Source of the DNA: Methanobacteriota archaeon
GTDB lineage: Archaea; Halobacteriota; Bog-38; Methanoflorentales; Methanoflorentaceae
Length of the DNA: 64,000 nucleotides
Reading direction: 5' to 3'
Assembly (NCBI GenBank): GCA_963719035.1
Contig: CAVRAO010000002.1
Span: 352,001-416,000, forward strand
A program made the position numbers and the translations under genes. Below, one piece after another: positions 11,246 to 22,764 of the stretch; position 1 is the stretch's first letter, and every line of letters begins with the position of its first letter. Under the pieces are notes generated by a model. That model was not told the origin of the DNA. It saw only the letters and a program-made list of their open reading frames with translations, and did no database searches.

Positions 11246-13111
11246 ATGGCTGAAAACATCGCCGAGAAGCTTGCACAGAAACAGCGCGAGATTAGCATAG
11301 CCGAGTTCTTTGAGAAAAATCGTCACATCCTCGGTTTCGACTCGTCAACTCGAAGCCTTATAACAAGCGTTAAAGAAGGAGTTGATAACGCACTAGATGC
11401 CTGCGAAGAGAGCGGTGTGCTGCCCGACATTCTGATTGAAATTCAGAAGGTGGATAAAGACAGCTATCGCGTCATAATCGAAGATAACGGCCCCGGCATC
11501 GTGAAAGAGCAGATACCGCGAGTGTTCGGAAAACTCCTGTACGGCTCTCGATTTCACGCACTAAAACAGAGCAGGGGGCAGCAAGGCATAGGAATCTCCG
11601 CGGTCGTGTTATATGCACAACTGACATCTGGGCGGCCCACCTCGGTATACTCAAAAACAGGAAAGAATGAAGACGCTCACTATTACGAGCTCGTTATCAA
11701 CACGAAGACTAACGAACCTGAAATATTAATAGAGAGAATCGTGCCGTGGGACCGCCCACACGGGACCAGAATTGAAGTCGAGATGGAGGGCACATACGTC
11801 CGCGCTCGTAAGCAATCGATCTACGGTTACGCGAAATCGACTGCCATAGTCAATCCGCACGCGAGATTGACGTTGGTTGAGCCGAACGGAGACACTGAAG
11901 TGTTTGAGCGCGTTACGGAGATCTTGCCGGTCGAGCCTTGTGAGATTTTGCCACATCCTGAGGGCATTGAGCTAGGCACTTTGATCAGGATGTTGCGGGA
12001 TACGGAAAGAAGACGATTAACCTCATTCTTGACGAACGAATTCGCGCGGATTGGACACAAAACCGCGAAGGAGATATGCGCAAAAGCCGGTATCGACCCC
12101 GACGTGAACCCCAGTGACCTTTCACGCGATCAAGCAAAGCGCTTGCTTGAGGCATTCAAAACCGTTAAAATCATTGCGCCTTCAACTGAGTGCCTTTCCC
12201 CTATAACGGAAGAGCTGATTAGAAAAGGGCTAGAAAAAGAATACGACGTTGACTTTATTGCGACGACCACACGTGACGCCTCAGTGCATACAGGAAATCC
12301 ATTCATCGTCGAAGCAGGAATTGCCTACGGGGGCGGCTTGCCAAAGGAAGAGAGGATAGATATCCTGCGATTCGCAAACCGAGTGCCACTGTTGTATCAA
12401 CAAGGAGGGTGCGCTAGCACTCACGCCGTTGAGAAGATTAACTGGAGGAACTATGAACTCCTACAACCAGGCGGGAGCGGTATCCCACAAGGCCCAATAG
12501 TTGTGCTTACACACGTCGCTTCAACTAACGTTCCTTTCACATCAGAGTCGAAAGAAGCGATCGCAGATATACCAGAGATAGTAGACGAGATAGAACTTGC
12601 TGTCCGAGACGTCGCGCGTGGCCTCAAAAACTACTTAGCGAAGCAAAAAATCCTTGCAAAGAGAAAAGAGAAAGAGGAAATAATAGAGCGAGTTCTTCCT
12701 AAACTTGCAGAGAAGGTATCTGAGATACAAGGAGCCCCTCAACCTGACATTCAACCTATCGTTGCTAAAATAATGGGGAACGTGCTCGTTAAAAAGACAA
12801 CTGAACTGAACGATACTGCGTGTAGAGTGACAATCCGCATAAACAACTTTTCAGAGAGTCTCAAAGAGTTCAAGCTGCACGAAGTCTCTGCTGTAGAGGT
12901 CGAAGACTCGACCCCCAAGCCAAAAGTATCGAGTTTTGATGGCCAATTCGACAACATGTGGAAAGTGTCAATCAAGCCCAATTCAGAAAAGAAGGTTAGA
13001 TACTCGGTTAAGTCAGAAGAATCTGCAAATACAATTCCTTTGGTCGAGGGGATACTCGCAGAGATGGTCACGGGGGCAAACGCACTGCCCAAGAAGCGAG
13101 CTAGTGAGTGA
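11246..13111 (+). CDS. top6B: DNA topoisomerase VI subunit B
   Basis: [38 protein letters not shown]; C-terminal extension. Confidence 0.97.
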   Translation: MAENIAEKLAQKQREISIAEFFEKNRHILGFDSSTRSLITSVKEGVDNALDACEESGVLPDILIEIQKVDKDSYRVIIEDNGPGIVKEQIPRVFGKLLYGSRFHALKQSRGQQGIGISAVVLYAQLTSGRPTSVYSKTGKNEDAHYYELVINTKTNEPEILIERIVPWDRPHGTRIEVEMEGTYVRARKQSIYGYAKSTAIVNPHARLTLVEPNGDTEVFERVTEILPVEPCEILPHPEGIELGTLIRMLRDTERRRLTSFLTNEFARIGHKTAKEICAKAGIDPDVNPSDLSRDQAKRLLEAFKTVKIIAPSTECLSPITEELIRKGLEKEYDVDFIATTTRDASVHTGNPFIVEAGIAYGGGLPKEERIDILRFANRVPLLYQQGGCASTHAVEKINWRNYELLQPGGSGIPQGPIVVLTHVASTNVPFTSESKEAIADIPEIVDEIELAVRDVARGLKNYLAKQKILAKRKEKEEIIERVLPKLAEKVSEIQGAPQPDIQPIVAKIMGNVLVKKTTELNDTACRVTIRINNFSESLKEFKLHEVSAVEVEDSTPKPKVSSFDGQFDNMWKVSIKPNSEKKVRYSVKSEESANTIPLVEGILAEMVTGANALPKKRASE

Positions 13112-13119
13112 GGTGAAGC

Positions 13120-14244
13120 ATGAAAGCTGAAAAAGACCTACTGAAAACAAAGAAAGAAAAAGACAGCTTGACCGAACAGAGGCTCTTGAAAATCATCGAA
13201 ACTATGTACGATCAGTTTGCAAGAGAACAAATTCCACAACTACTAATCCCCACAAGAACGAAATCAAACATTGAGTTCAACGAAGAATCGGAGGTTTGGG
13301 TCTACGGTGACCGGGAGAGTGCAAGGAGCTGCAAGACGGTACGAGGAGCTTATAGCCTTCTCAAGTCGAGCTACACGATTGAATTCCTAAAAAAGCAGCT
13401 CGACGAGAACCGCTCGTCAACACTCAGAGAGCTTTATTATATTTCCGAAGGTTGGAAACTGGCGAAGTTCAGAGAGCAGCCTGAGTCTGACAGAATGATC
13501 GAAGATCTAGAGATCATAACTGAACTACAGCGCGAAAACTTTCATGTGCGACCTGAAGAGAACGGCGCAACTATTTTTGGTCCGATTCGAATCAAAGAAA
13601 ACGTTGAAAGACGTGGGCAAGTGTCAGAACGCGTCATTCACTGCGTCGATGATGTCGGTGAAGGGGGGTACCAGATCCCATATAACGTCGATAATCTAGA
13701 TTTTCTCGAGCACGACGCTAAGTTTATTATTGCCATCGAAACCGGCGGAATGCGGGATAGGCTTATCGAAAATGGCTTCGATACAGACTATGACACAATA
13801 ATCGTACACCTTAAAGGCCAGCCAGCGAGAAGCACACGGCGGCTTTTAAAAAGGATGAACGAGCGGCTAAAGCTGCCCGTCGTCGTTTTTACGGACGGAG
13901 ATCCCTGGTCTTACAGAATATTCGCCTCTGTCGCTTACGGCTCGATAAAGAGCGCACATATGTCAGAATACATGGCAACCCCAGCAGCCCAGTTCATTGG
14001 CGTGCGCCCGAGCGACATCGTCAATTACGACCTGCCTACCGATAAGTTGTCTGATCAGGACATGAGGGCTCTGCAATCAGAGCTTACTGATCCACGTTTC
14101 GCAACTGATTTCTGGAAGGAAGAGATCAATCTCCAAATCGAACTGAAGAAAAAGTCAGAACAACAAGCGTTCGCAAGTCGAGGTTTAGACTACGTAACTG
14201 ACGTTTACCTTCCCGAAAGACTCACTGATCTGGGGATAGTTTGA
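13120..14244 (+). CDS. top6A: DNA topoisomerase VI subunit A
   Basis: TLRELYY catalytic Tyr, AIETGG, DGDPW TOPRIM. Confidence 0.97.
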   Translation: MKAEKDLLKTKKEKDSLTEQRLLKIIETMYDQFAREQIPQLLIPTRTKSNIEFNEESEVWVYGDRESARSCKTVRGAYSLLKSSYTIEFLKKQLDENRSSTLRELYYISEGWKLAKFREQPESDRMIEDLEIITELQRENFHVRPEENGATIFGPIRIKENVERRGQVSERVIHCVDDVGEGGYQIPYNVDNLDFLEHDAKFIIAIETGGMRDRLIENGFDTDYDTIIVHLKGQPARSTRRLLKRMNERLKLPVVVFTDGDPWSYRIFASVAYGSIKSAHMSEYMATPAAQFIGVRPSDIVNYDLPTDKLSDQDMRALQSELTDPRFATDFWKEEINLQIELKKKSEQQAFASRGLDYVTDVYLPERLTDLGIV

Positions 14245-14316
14245 TAGGCTTGTGACGATTTACGTTACTGATTTTGGGGGGCGTTGGGACGATCATCAGC
14301 AAGACGTAGCAGCAGG

Positions 14317-15552
14317 TTAATTGAGTTGACGCCAACCAGCCCCACAAACCTGACTTCCCCACCCTTTCTTTCCCTTGATAGAACCTTCACTAAATACGAC
14401 TTCGCCTCGTACCATAGTGAGTGACGGGAAAACGGCGACACAGCCTTCGAAAGGCGTCCAACCACACTTGCTATACAGTACACTCGGCGTTACTATTTTC
14501 CTATCGTTGGGATCAACAAGTATGAGATCCGCGTCGTATCCTTTACATATCACTCCTTTGTTCTTTAAATTAAACCTAGTCGCTGGAGCTGCGCTCACCA
14601 TATTCACGAGCCGTTCGAGACTAATCTGATCGAGCCTTGACAATAGCAAGGGAAGCAAAGTCTGAACCCCTGGCACTCCTGGAGGCGGGTACGACATGTT
14701 TTTATCGGCAACAGAATGAGGCGCGTGGTCGCTCGCGATCATGTCGATATGACTGAGGTGTGACCAGAGAGTATCGACGTTTTGCCGGCTCCGAAGCGGC
14801 GGGTTCATGATACCAAATGGGCCAAGTCTTACTTGGTCGAGGTCAGATAGGAATAGATGATGCGGAGTTACTTCACAGCTGACATCCTGATCGGAACCCC
14901 TCACAAATTCAAGCCCAGACGCTTCACTTAGATGGCTTACGTGCACTTTAGCCCCAATTTCTTTGTTGCACGCAACGACTGTTCTGATCCCTTCCAGTTC
15001 ACTTGAGATTTCACCGACGCGTCTTTCAGCGTGAACGCATAAGACGGCATTAAGCCGCTTGATTATCTGCAGCGCGTGCTGCAATTCCTCGCGCGATTTT
15101 TCTTGAACGAATACCTCTCCAAAAGCCGTCACCCCTAATCGCCATAAGTCGTCGAGCTGGTCAAATCTTTCAATACCAGCGTTGATACCATAATCAACAA
15201 CAGATTTTCGTGCAGCGCGCTGCTTACGAAAATAGGACCTCTCATCGCATACCGGAGGCTTTGTGTTCGGCTGATCTATAACAGTAGTCACACCACCGGC
15301 AGCAGCTGCACACGATCCAGAATACCAATCCTCCTTGTATGCTTCGTCCAAATCACGAAAATGTACGTGCACATCGATTGCACCAGGCAATAACAATCGG
15401 CCGCGCGCATCTATCTCTTGCCCTCCTGCACTGACGCTTCCAATCTTTGCAATCATGCCACTTTCGATCAAGACGTCGCTGAGAACAACTTGGTTCCTGT
15501 AAAAGACTCGTGCATTTCGAATGACTGTTGTGCTCATGCGTGGGTCACTCAA
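14317..15552 (-). CDS. pyrC: Dihydroorotase
   Basis: PGAIDVHVHFR, DQPNTKP, EVTPHHL, NPPLR, SDHAPH, SKCGWTPF. Confidence 0.88.
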   Translation of the reverse strand: MSDPRMSTTVIRNARVFYRNQVVLSDVLIESGMIAKIGSVSAGGQEIDARGRLLLPGAIDVHVHFRDLDEAYKEDWYSGSCAAAAGGVTTVIDQPNTKPPVCDERSYFRKQRAARKSVVDYGINAGIERFDQLDDLWRLGVTAFGEVFVQEKSREELQHALQIIKRLNAVLCVHAERRVGEISSELEGIRTVVACNKEIGAKVHVSHLSEASGLEFVRGSDQDVSCEVTPHHLFLSDLDQVRLGPFGIMNPPLRSRQNVDTLWSHLSHIDMIASDHAPHSVADKNMSYPPPGVPGVQTLLPLLLSRLDQISLERLVNMVSAAPATRFNLKNKGVICKGYDADLILVDPNDRKIVTPSVLYSKCGWTPFEGCVAVFPSLTMVRGEVVFSEGSIKGKKGWGSQVCGAGWRQLN

Positions 15553-16120
15553 GAAAGCGCTCTACTACCTCGCCACCAGCGCGAAGCTCGGAAAAGACCT
15601 GACCTTCAAACACAAATATTTCAGCGTTGCGTTCTCGCGGGTTTAAACCTGCCTTCACATACGTTTGGTCCAAAAACTCTTGTGGTGTCCAGTTAAAGTC
15701 GGTCGCAACTTGAGGCAGAAGCAATCCTTGTTGCGACCCTTTTTTTACAATAACGCCGTGCTTTCCGACTACGATATCAGCAGGGCCGTCAATTCTTTTG
15801 GGCTTTGTTAGGAGCGTAATCTCTACCGTAATGCGCGTTAGCTCCTCAGCACTGACCGGAGGAAATCGATAGTCATACAAGGCAGCGCTGATTGCCGAGT
15901 CAATCAAGGCTTCTTTTATGGTTTTGCTCGCATAGGGATATCCCACACAGCCCCGCAAGGCGTCCGAATGCAGCGTCACAAAAACGCCGCCAAGTTCATC
16001 GAAAACAGCTGGGAGGTCTTGAGGGGGCTCTATGCGATCTCCGGAATTCACCGCGATCTCGATTGCTTCGCGTGCGAGACGCACACCGATGCGCGCTTCG
16101 TCCAGATGCATGCTTCGCAT
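15545..16120 (-). CDS. AMMECR1 domain protein (TIGR00296)
   Basis: GVFVTL, LRGCVG, DYRFPPV, GLLLPQVA. Confidence 0.92.
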   Translation of the reverse strand: MRSMHLDEARIGVRLAREAIEIAVNSGDRIEPPQDLPAVFDELGGVFVTLHSDALRGCVGYPYASKTIKEALIDSAISAALYDYRFPPVSAEELTRITVEITLLTKPKRIDGPADIVVGKHGVIVKKGSQQGLLLPQVATDFNWTPQEFLDQTYVKAGLNPRERNAEIFVFEGQVFSELRAGGEVVERFLE

Positions 16121-16129
16121 GTTAGTGAA

Positions 16130-16141
16130 TACTTATATTAC
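16130..16141 (+). promoter_or_regulatory. Probable TATA box of the RNase P RNA gene
   Basis: CTTATATTA about 25-30 nt upstream of the RNA 5' end. Confidence 0.5.
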
Positions 16142-16163
16142 ATTTGCCTTCAAGATACGTAAC

Positions 16164-16455
16164 GGAGAGAGGGTGAGTGGCTGCCGGTGAAACTCGCTGA
16201 GGAAAGTCCTCCCACCTTCTGGACGTGTGAGCGAGGAGACTCGCATGGCGAGAGTCATGGCTCTGACACAGAAACGATACGTCCCTGCAAACATGAGTAT
16301 GAGGTGAAGAACCGACGAGAGCAGGGGTTACGATGGAACGGTGAATCCTCACAGGTGCAAGCTAAAAAGGGTGAATGAACAGTCCAGATAACACCCAGGT
16401 TAAGCGCTTAGATAAATGCCACTTGAAACAGAAGGAGGCTTACAACCCTCACTCC
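16164..16455 (+). ncRNA. rnpB: RNase P RNA, archaeal type A
   Basis: GAGGAAAGTCC and AAACAGAAGGAGGCTTA conserved regions; P1 GGAGAGAGGGT/ACCCTCACTCC; P8 GCGAG-GAGA-CTCGC; P9 ATGGC-GAGA-GTCAT; P6 TCTGGAC/GTCCAGA. Confidence 0.95.
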
Positions 16456-16560
16456 AATCTTATTCTCAAACACTTTTTTGCTGCGCGAGAAAGTTTTATA
16501 TTAATCTGCTCCAAAATATTGCTGCCTTTCAAATGAAAAACTAAAGGCTTGAGGAAGAAA

Positions 16561-17499
16561 ATGAAACTAAAAGAGCTAGCAGAGCAGATAAGTGCCCGTT
16601 TTTTGGAACAAGGAGTAACAATTCCGGCTAGCGAGATAGAACAGCGGTTACGTAGTCTCGTCGATGATTTTAAAGTGCCGACAGAAGAAGCCAGAAGAAG
16701 CGTAGTCTCTTATTACTCCAAACTCCACCCAAAACAAGGATCGGCTTCGCCGACAGAAGTTATCTACTCAAAGATCAAAGACATAAACACAGAAGACGTA
16801 TGGATCAGCGTCCGTGTCCGTGTTGTACAGCTTTGGGAGCCCAATTCGCAATCCATAGCGCAAGTCGGCTTGATCGGCGACGAGACCGGAACTATAAAAT
16901 TCACCAGCTGGTCTAACGCGAAGCTGCCGATTCTCAAGGATGGACTAAGTTATTCATTACGTAATGTTGTTACAAAATCATGGCAGGGGCGTTTCAGTAT
17001 TAGCTTGAATAAAGCATCCGAAATTGCCCCACTCGATGAAGAGGTCGAAGTCGGTCGCACAGAAGAAGAAATTTCCGGCACTATTATCGACGTGCAATCT
17101 GGTTCTGGACTTATCAAACGATGTCCTGAATGTAGTCGTGTCGTTGTCAAAGGGTACTGTGCCGAGCATGGCAACGTAAGTGGCGTTTACGATCTGCGCA
17201 TTAAAGGTGTGTTAGACAACGGTGAGATTGTGACAGACGTGTTGTTTAACCGCGAACTAACAGAAAGGTTAACAGGAATAACGCTCGCAGAGGCCAAAGA
17301 AATGGCCATGGAAGCACTCGACCAAAACGTTGTCGCAGATTCCATGAAGGGTGTAATAATCGGACGATACTACGTAGTGCGCGGCAACAAAACACCCCGG
17401 TGGTTACTTGTAACAGATTTCAAAGAAACCCCTCAAATAACTGATGGAGACATTAGCGCCGTTCTCGCTAGAGCGCAGGAGCTTCTGCAATGGCCCTAA
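16561..17499 (+). CDS. rpa: Replication protein A (OB folds plus Zn finger)
   Basis: QVGLIGDETGTIKFTSW, GSGLIKRCPEC...CAEH, DLRIKGVLD. Confidence 0.9.
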   Translation: MKLKELAEQISARFLEQGVTIPASEIEQRLRSLVDDFKVPTEEARRSVVSYYSKLHPKQGSASPTEVIYSKIKDINTEDVWISVRVRVVQLWEPNSQSIAQVGLIGDETGTIKFTSWSNAKLPILKDGLSYSLRNVVTKSWQGRFSISLNKASEIAPLDEEVEVGRTEEEISGTIIDVQSGSGLIKRCPECSRVVVKGYCAEHGNVSGVYDLRIKGVLDNGEIVTDVLFNRELTERLTGITLAEAKEMAMEALDQNVVADSMKGVIIGRYYVVRGNKTPRWLLVTDFKETPQITDGDISAVLARAQELLQWP

Positions 17500-18056
17500 A
17501 ACAGCGGGAAGTAGCGCGTCGCCTATTTGCGAAAGAGCTGCAGGAGTCGACGCTTTTCTACAAAGAACACGATGATGCATACGCACCACAGTATCTTTTA
17601 ACCCCTACTGGTGCAAAATGTAATCGAGTATTTGTGGTAGGCACGTTAACAGAAAAGGAAAATGTCGGCGTTGACGCTGACTACTGGCGTGCTCGAATAG
17701 CCGATCCGACGGGCGTTTTTCCAATTTACGCCGGCCAGTATCAACAACAGGCAGTCACACAACTAAGTTCGATAGAAGTACCTTCGTTCGTAGCTGTCAT
17801 AGGAAAATTGAACGTTTTTCACGCAGACGAAGGCCCCGTCAAAGTATCCATTCGACCTGAGTTCATAAACGTCGTAGATGCCGAAACAAGGGATAGGTGG
17901 GTTTTAGAGACTGCTGAAAAAACTCTTGAAAGGATTGAAAGGCTTCAACAGAGCGGCGAAAATATGAAAAGAGTTCGTGAATACTACGGCACAGATACAA
18001 GCCAGTACACAGCAGTTGTGATAGAAGCTGTTAAGACGCTAACAAAAGAGCACTAG
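17490..18056 (+). CDS. RPA-associated OB-fold protein (RPAP)
   Basis: REVARRLFA, PTGAKCNRVFVVGTLTE, YAGQYQ; overlaps the rpa stop. Confidence 0.88.
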   Translation: MALKQREVARRLFAKELQESTLFYKEHDDAYAPQYLLTPTGAKCNRVFVVGTLTEKENVGVDADYWRARIADPTGVFPIYAGQYQQQAVTQLSSIEVPSFVAVIGKLNVFHADEGPVKVSIRPEFINVVDAETRDRWVLETAEKTLERIERLQQSGENMKRVREYYGTDTSQYTAVVIEAVKTLTKEH

Positions 18057-18100
18057 ACATAGCAAAGGCTATCCGCTTCAATGGCTTATCCCGTGGCAAT

Positions 18101-18907
18101 ATGGTAATGAGATACGGTGTTTCGTCAACGATTGAACAAGACGTTAAGGAGTTTATCTTGAGCGCCGCTCACACGTTCAATGCTATCGAACTCGTTTCTG
18201 AGTATCCGCATGTTCACTACAGCACACCTAATGTCGACGTGCTTTCTGAACTGAAATCGAGCTACGGACTTACTTACACGATGCATGCGCCTTTTTGTAG
18301 TGTAAATCTCGCTAGCATCAATCCGAAGCTTCAGCAAGCATCCGTTAAAGAAATAGTCCATTCGATCACTTATGCTAACGAACTCGGATGTGAGCTAATC
18401 GTGGTCCACCCTGGTATTGTAAGCTATCCAAGAAACCTGCCAAAATTTGAAAAAATCTCAAAGGATCATCAGTACGATTCTTTTATACAGATTTGCGAAA
18501 AAGCTGAGGACGAAAAAATTCTAGTGTGTGTGGAGAACATGCCGCGGCTTCCACAAGCATTCAAGCAGACATGGACCGGGGAAGCTCTCGTACAAATTGT
18601 TGACGAGTTTGGATCGGTTTTCTTGCAATTAGCACTGGACGTAGGTCATTGTAATACCACAGACGTTCCTATACCACAGATGATTCGAGATTTCGGCTCG
18701 CGGATCAAGCACGTGCATATCCATGACAACGACGGATATCGAGAGTCTCATTCGATTGTTGGGCAGGGTTCAGTGCCGTGGCGAGCGGTTGTTGAAACAC
18801 TTCATGAGATACGATATAACGGGCTTCTCATAGACGAACACCGGACAATTGAAGGACAAAAACTCGGAAAAAAGTACCTAGAATCAATCATTCAGTCTTG
18901 TTCCTAA
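18101..18907 (+). CDS. Sugar phosphate isomerase/epimerase (AP-endonuclease-2 TIM barrel)
   Basis: MHAPF..NLAS, VHPG, VENMP, LDVGH, HIHDNDG. Confidence 0.85.
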   Translation: MVMRYGVSSTIEQDVKEFILSAAHTFNAIELVSEYPHVHYSTPNVDVLSELKSSYGLTYTMHAPFCSVNLASINPKLQQASVKEIVHSITYANELGCELIVVHPGIVSYPRNLPKFEKISKDHQYDSFIQICEKAEDEKILVCVENMPRLPQAFKQTWTGEALVQIVDEFGSVFLQLALDVGHCNTTDVPIPQMIRDFGSRIKHVHIHDNDGYRESHSIVGQGSVPWRAVVETLHEIRYNGLLIDEHRTIEGQKLGKKYLESIIQSCS

Positions 18908-19543
18908 CTGAAGATTCGGTGCTCTGAAATTTTTTTAGAGGCTTTTGTCGCCTTTCAAAGATAGAATCCTAATTATTTCCCACCAACCCAACTATAACAG
19001 CAAATGGACGCATGATTTAAGTTCTTTCTTATTCTATACCCCGTGCCTACTTTTAAAAAAATCTTCGCCAACATCGGTTAGCAAAAACGATGGTTTTTCT
19101 CGCAGATGTATGAACGTTTCAACGACAAATAGAAAACTTGCTCACGACGACTCAATGCTTGCAATTAATTCTTTCGAAACACCTGCTCATTTGTTGAGGC
19201 AACTCGAGTATGGGTCAATTCCCAAGTTGACTCTGAACTTTCCCTTGTGTGAAGTCCTGTTGTCGCCCACGACTTTGTCCGCAAGTTGTTCGCAAATCAT
19301 CAAAAAGACTGTTTGCCAATACCTCATGCAAACCTAATGAAAAATTAAATTACTTCTTAATTTCAACACCATTGCGGCGCTACTCTACGCATAATTTTTT
19401 CAATTATGGACAACATAAAACTGAACATTTACTTAAACAAACCTAAGGGCTGCACAAACAATGATTTCGGATCCTTCTAACAACAATTAAAGTAGAGCAC
19501 GTATTGTTTCCAATAGTTAATTACTAAAAGTGACAAAAGACCT

Positions 19544-20008
19544 ATGGTCAATACTAAAAGCATTTTAATCGTTGACGACGACGAGACGATCTTAGCAGTC
19601 TTGAAAGAGATTTTAGAGCTAGACGGCTACACAGTTGAAACCGCGGCAACCGGCAAAGAAGCTATAGAAAAATCAGAAAATTTCTTTTTTGACTTATCGA
19701 TGCTGGACATAAAGCTTCCCGACATGGAGGGCACAGAGTTGATAACAAAACTGCACAAAGCAAATCCACAAATGATCAAAATAATCATAACTGGATTTCC
19801 GAGCTTCGACAATGCAGTAAAGTCTCTCAACCTCGGAGCAGATGCATACATCACGAAGCCTGTCAATTCTAAAGAGCTGCTTGAACTTGTCGGAGAAAAG
19901 ATAAGAGAGCAGCAAGCGGCGAGTCAAATAGACGAGGACCGGGTTTCAGACTGGGTAGACGGCAAGATTCGCCAAATTGAACAAGAACAACAAGAGCGTC
20001 AGAGTTAA
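19544..20008 (+). CDS. Single-domain response regulator receiver
   Basis: ILIVDDD, LDIKLPDMEG (phospho-Asp), ITG, YITKP. Confidence 0.92.
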   Translation: MVNTKSILIVDDDETILAVLKEILELDGYTVETAATGKEAIEKSENFFFDLSMLDIKLPDMEGTELITKLHKANPQMIKIIITGFPSFDNAVKSLNLGADAYITKPVNSKELLELVGEKIREQQAASQIDEDRVSDWVDGKIRQIEQEQQERQS

Positions 20009-20103
20009 GAGCTGAGCTTACCTTGCGCTCGATTACAGAAATCGCCGAAAAAAGTGGCACCATACTTTTACTGCCATTGCACTTAGAAAAAAATCGTCTC
20101 GAA

Positions 20104-20853
20104 ATGTCAATTCACGACGACTGCAGAGATATGGCGATTGAAGACCCCGATAAGCGATCACCACGAGAAAAAGAGATCGAAAAACTGATCGTTGCTTTAT
20201 CGGAAGCTCAGAGCCAAAAATCAAGGATAGCTGCAGCAAAGGCACTCTGTGAAATTGGAGGTATCGCGATTACTCGCCTAATCTCGACGCTCAATCAAGC
20301 AAGATGGGAAGTGCGCAGCAGCGCCGTTTTAGCGCTTGCAAAGGCAGGACAACCCGCAACGCAAGCGTTCCAAGCTGCTTTACAAGATGAAGATTGGTTC
20401 GTGCGGGCGACAGCAGCGAAATCGCTAGGTCAAGTCAAAGATCCTCAGGCTATTAAAAATCTTGTTAACGTTTTAGGTGACAGAGAATGGTTCGTTCGTA
20501 AGCGCGCTGCAGAAGCGTTGAGCAAAATTGGGGAGCCTGCGATTGAGCCGCTGATCGACGCGCTAAAAGATCGAAATGGACTCGTCCGTGAGCGCGCTGC
20601 AGAAGCGTTGAGCAAAATTGGGGAGCCTGCGATTGAGCCGCTGATCGACGCGTTAAAAGATCGAAATGGACTCGTCCGTGAGCGCGCTGCGGAGGTCTTA
20701 GGGGAGATAGGCAACGAAAAAAGCGTAAGACCGTTGCTCGAGACTTTCCACGACGAAGAGCTGTACGTGAGAGCTAGAGCGGTGCTAGCGTTTGAAAAAG
20801 TGAAAACACGAAGTGTTAAAAGAGGTTTACCATCAGGTAGAAAGAAGCAGTAG
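20104..20853 (+). CDS. HEAT/PBS-lyase repeat protein (start uncertain: 20023, 20104 or 20131)
   Basis: Repeats of L.D.DW.VR..AA.ALG.IG. Confidence 0.88.
   Translation: MSIHDDCRDMAIEDPDKRSPREKEIEKLIVALSEAQSQKSRIAAAKALCEIGGIAITRLISTLNQARWEVRSSAVLALAKAGQPATQAFQAALQDEDWFVRATAAKSLGQVKDPQAIKNLVNVLGDREWFVRKRAAEALSKIGEPAIEPLIDALKDRNGLVRERAAEALSKIGEPAIEPLIDALKDRNGLVRERAAEVLGEIGNEKSVRPLLETFHDEELYVRARAVLAFEKVKTRSVKRGLPSGRKKQ
20501..20690 (+). repeat. 90-bp tandem duplication inside the HEAT gene
   Basis: 20501-20590 and 20591-20680 are identical except one synonymous change (CTA/TTA); a 10-nt partial third copy follows. Confidence 0.95.
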
Positions 20854-20953
20854 TATTTTCAAGTTAAAACATCCTAAGCTGTAGCTTCGACACGACATAG
20901 ATCTGCACGTTAATAACCCCTCACACCGCAAAAGATCCATTTTTAGCTCAACT

Positions 20954-21526
20954 CTAAGAATCAAGAAGCTGTAAAAAGTACTTGTGAAATCTCAAGTCAT
21001 CGCTCAATTCCGGATGGAATGACAGAGCTAATTTATTTCCTTGTTGCGCAGCAACACTATATTCCTTGAAGCGAGCTAAAACATCTATTCCTTTTCCGAC
21101 TTGCTTAATCGCAGGAGCTCGAATAAATATGGCGTTAAACGTAGAGTTAAAACCTTTTATTTCTAAAGGAAGCTCAAAAGACTCAGCTTGCCTTCCAAAT
21201 GCATTTCTTTTTACCTGCATATCCATAAGCCCCAAGCCCTCTACGTCCTCATCTTGATAGTTAGATAGGATGATTAATCCAGCGCACGTTCCCATCATTG
21301 GAATGTGCCGATTCTTAAGCATCTCTTTATCAAGTCCTTCAAAACGCAAGAGCCTAGAAATTGTTGTACTTTCGCCACCTGGAATGACTAAACCGTCACA
21401 ATTCTGAATGATTCCCTTCTTTTTTATCCGGACTATTTTGTAGTTCAAACCTCGTGAGACTTTTTCTAACGCCGCTATATGTTCAGAAACTGCTCCTTGA
21501 ATAGCAATTACTCCGATTGTTAGCAT
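20954..21526 (-). CDS. pdxT: PLP synthase glutaminase subunit
   Basis: IGVIAIQG, PGGESTT, GTCAG, RNAFGRQ, FIRAP, FHPEL. Confidence 0.93.
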   Translation of the reverse strand: MLTIGVIAIQGAVSEHIAALEKVSRGLNYKIVRIKKKGIIQNCDGLVIPGGESTTISRLLRFEGLDKEMLKNRHIPMMGTCAGLIILSNYQDEDVEGLGLMDMQVKRNAFGRQAESFELPLEIKGFNSTFNAIFIRAPAIKQVGKGIDVLARFKEYSVAAQQGNKLALSFHPELSDDLRFHKYFLQLLDS

Positions 21527-21816
21527 TGAGTGATTCCTTCTTGATGCCCCAAATGGCCACAGATTTTTGCTCGGCCATTCGTCTCGCAATACGTAAAGCG
21601 GTTTATGATATCAAAACATACAGCAGCTAGCGCGTTTTCACACTGATAATCTGCAGTGACTAGCTGACGCCCAATAACATATAAAAGATAGCATGCAACA
21701 GCGCAGTTTCAACTCAATCAGAACTCTAATGACTAACGCACTCCCGCCTCCCCTAAACCCCAAACGTCCAAAGCGATAGTTATATATTAAAAAATGTTTT
21801 ACGTTTTACGTAATAA

Positions 21817-22710
21817 ATGGCCAAAGATAAGATTTTCAACATTAGAGTCTCAGAAGAGGATTATATCAAGCTAAAAAACCTTGGCAGTGTAAGAGCCCGC
21901 GAAATTTTGCTTGATGCAGTCAACTACGAACTTTTTGAACAGGTTCCGAAAAGTGAGATGGGGAAACTCGTCTATAAGTATGACGAGTTAGATGCCTCTT
22001 TGACCAATCTTGAGCAGAAGCTAGGCGTCATCGAACAAAAGGCCCTTTCGAAGTTGATTGATGACGAATATGCTCGAACAGCACTCAGCGATTTTGAAGA
22101 TCTTTTTCAACGAGTTGATCGCTCTGTCAAAAAACTAAATAAAGAGAGGTTCGAGCTCCTAAAAATGAGAAGGGAGGGGACACGGTACCTTTACTTCGGC
22201 GTCAGAGAGCTTGCAGGTAAACATCGACTGAGCGAACCGCTCGACCGCACCGACGCTGAACTTTATAACGAGTTAGCTTCGAAGCAGTTGATTGACAACA
22301 AAGAAAAATACAAAAAAAGCATAAGTGAACTTGTCAAAGGCATTCAGGACAAGATCAAAGAAGAAGAGCTCCTCTTAGATTCCCTAAGAGCGATGAGCCC
22401 TTACATTATCATGCAAGAGAATGTTCACGGTCAAATTGACAATTTGAAAGAAGAGATGAAAGATGTCATTTTCATTATCGAGCATATAAAAGCCCTCGAG
22501 AAAAAATATGTCAGCAACTTCTTAGAGAGTTTAAGGTTTAGCAGGGGTGACGAAGAGCCTTTAGCCTCTAAGCTCTTGGATAACGAAGACTATTGGGAAC
22601 GTTTCCATAACTCAGACCTTTCCCTCTATGACAAGTTCGAGAAGTACCTTATCTGTTGCGGAGTCGATCAGACTAGAGCTAAAGCAATAGTCAAAAAACA
22701 TATGACGTAA
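21817..22710 (+). CDS. Hypothetical protein: N-terminal ribbon-helix-helix-like motif plus coiled coil
   Basis: 297-aa ORF; IFNIRVSEEDYIKL start; heptad-rich helical remainder; TATA box about 30 nt upstream. Confidence 0.65.
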   Translation: MAKDKIFNIRVSEEDYIKLKNLGSVRAREILLDAVNYELFEQVPKSEMGKLVYKYDELDASLTNLEQKLGVIEQKALSKLIDDEYARTALSDFEDLFQRVDRSVKKLNKERFELLKMRREGTRYLYFGVRELAGKHRLSEPLDRTDAELYNELASKQLIDNKEKYKKSISELVKGIQDKIKEEELLLDSLRAMSPYIIMQENVHGQIDNLKEEMKDVIFIIEHIKALEKKYVSNFLESLRFSRGDEEPLASKLLDNEDYWERFHNSDLSLYDKFEKYLICCGVDQTRAKAIVKKHMT

Positions 22711-22764
22711 TCCTGCGTCATTCACTTGACTTTAAATCACAAGCTAGTAAAAAAACACAACTAG

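Noticed and set aside
16122-16378. Short ORFs on both strands
   Set aside because: They overlap the RNase P RNA gene
18945-19446. 130-aa and 65-aa ORFs, and an antisense frame with two in-frame TGA codons
   Set aside because: No recognisable motif, atypical composition and no SECIS-like evidence; treated as intergenic
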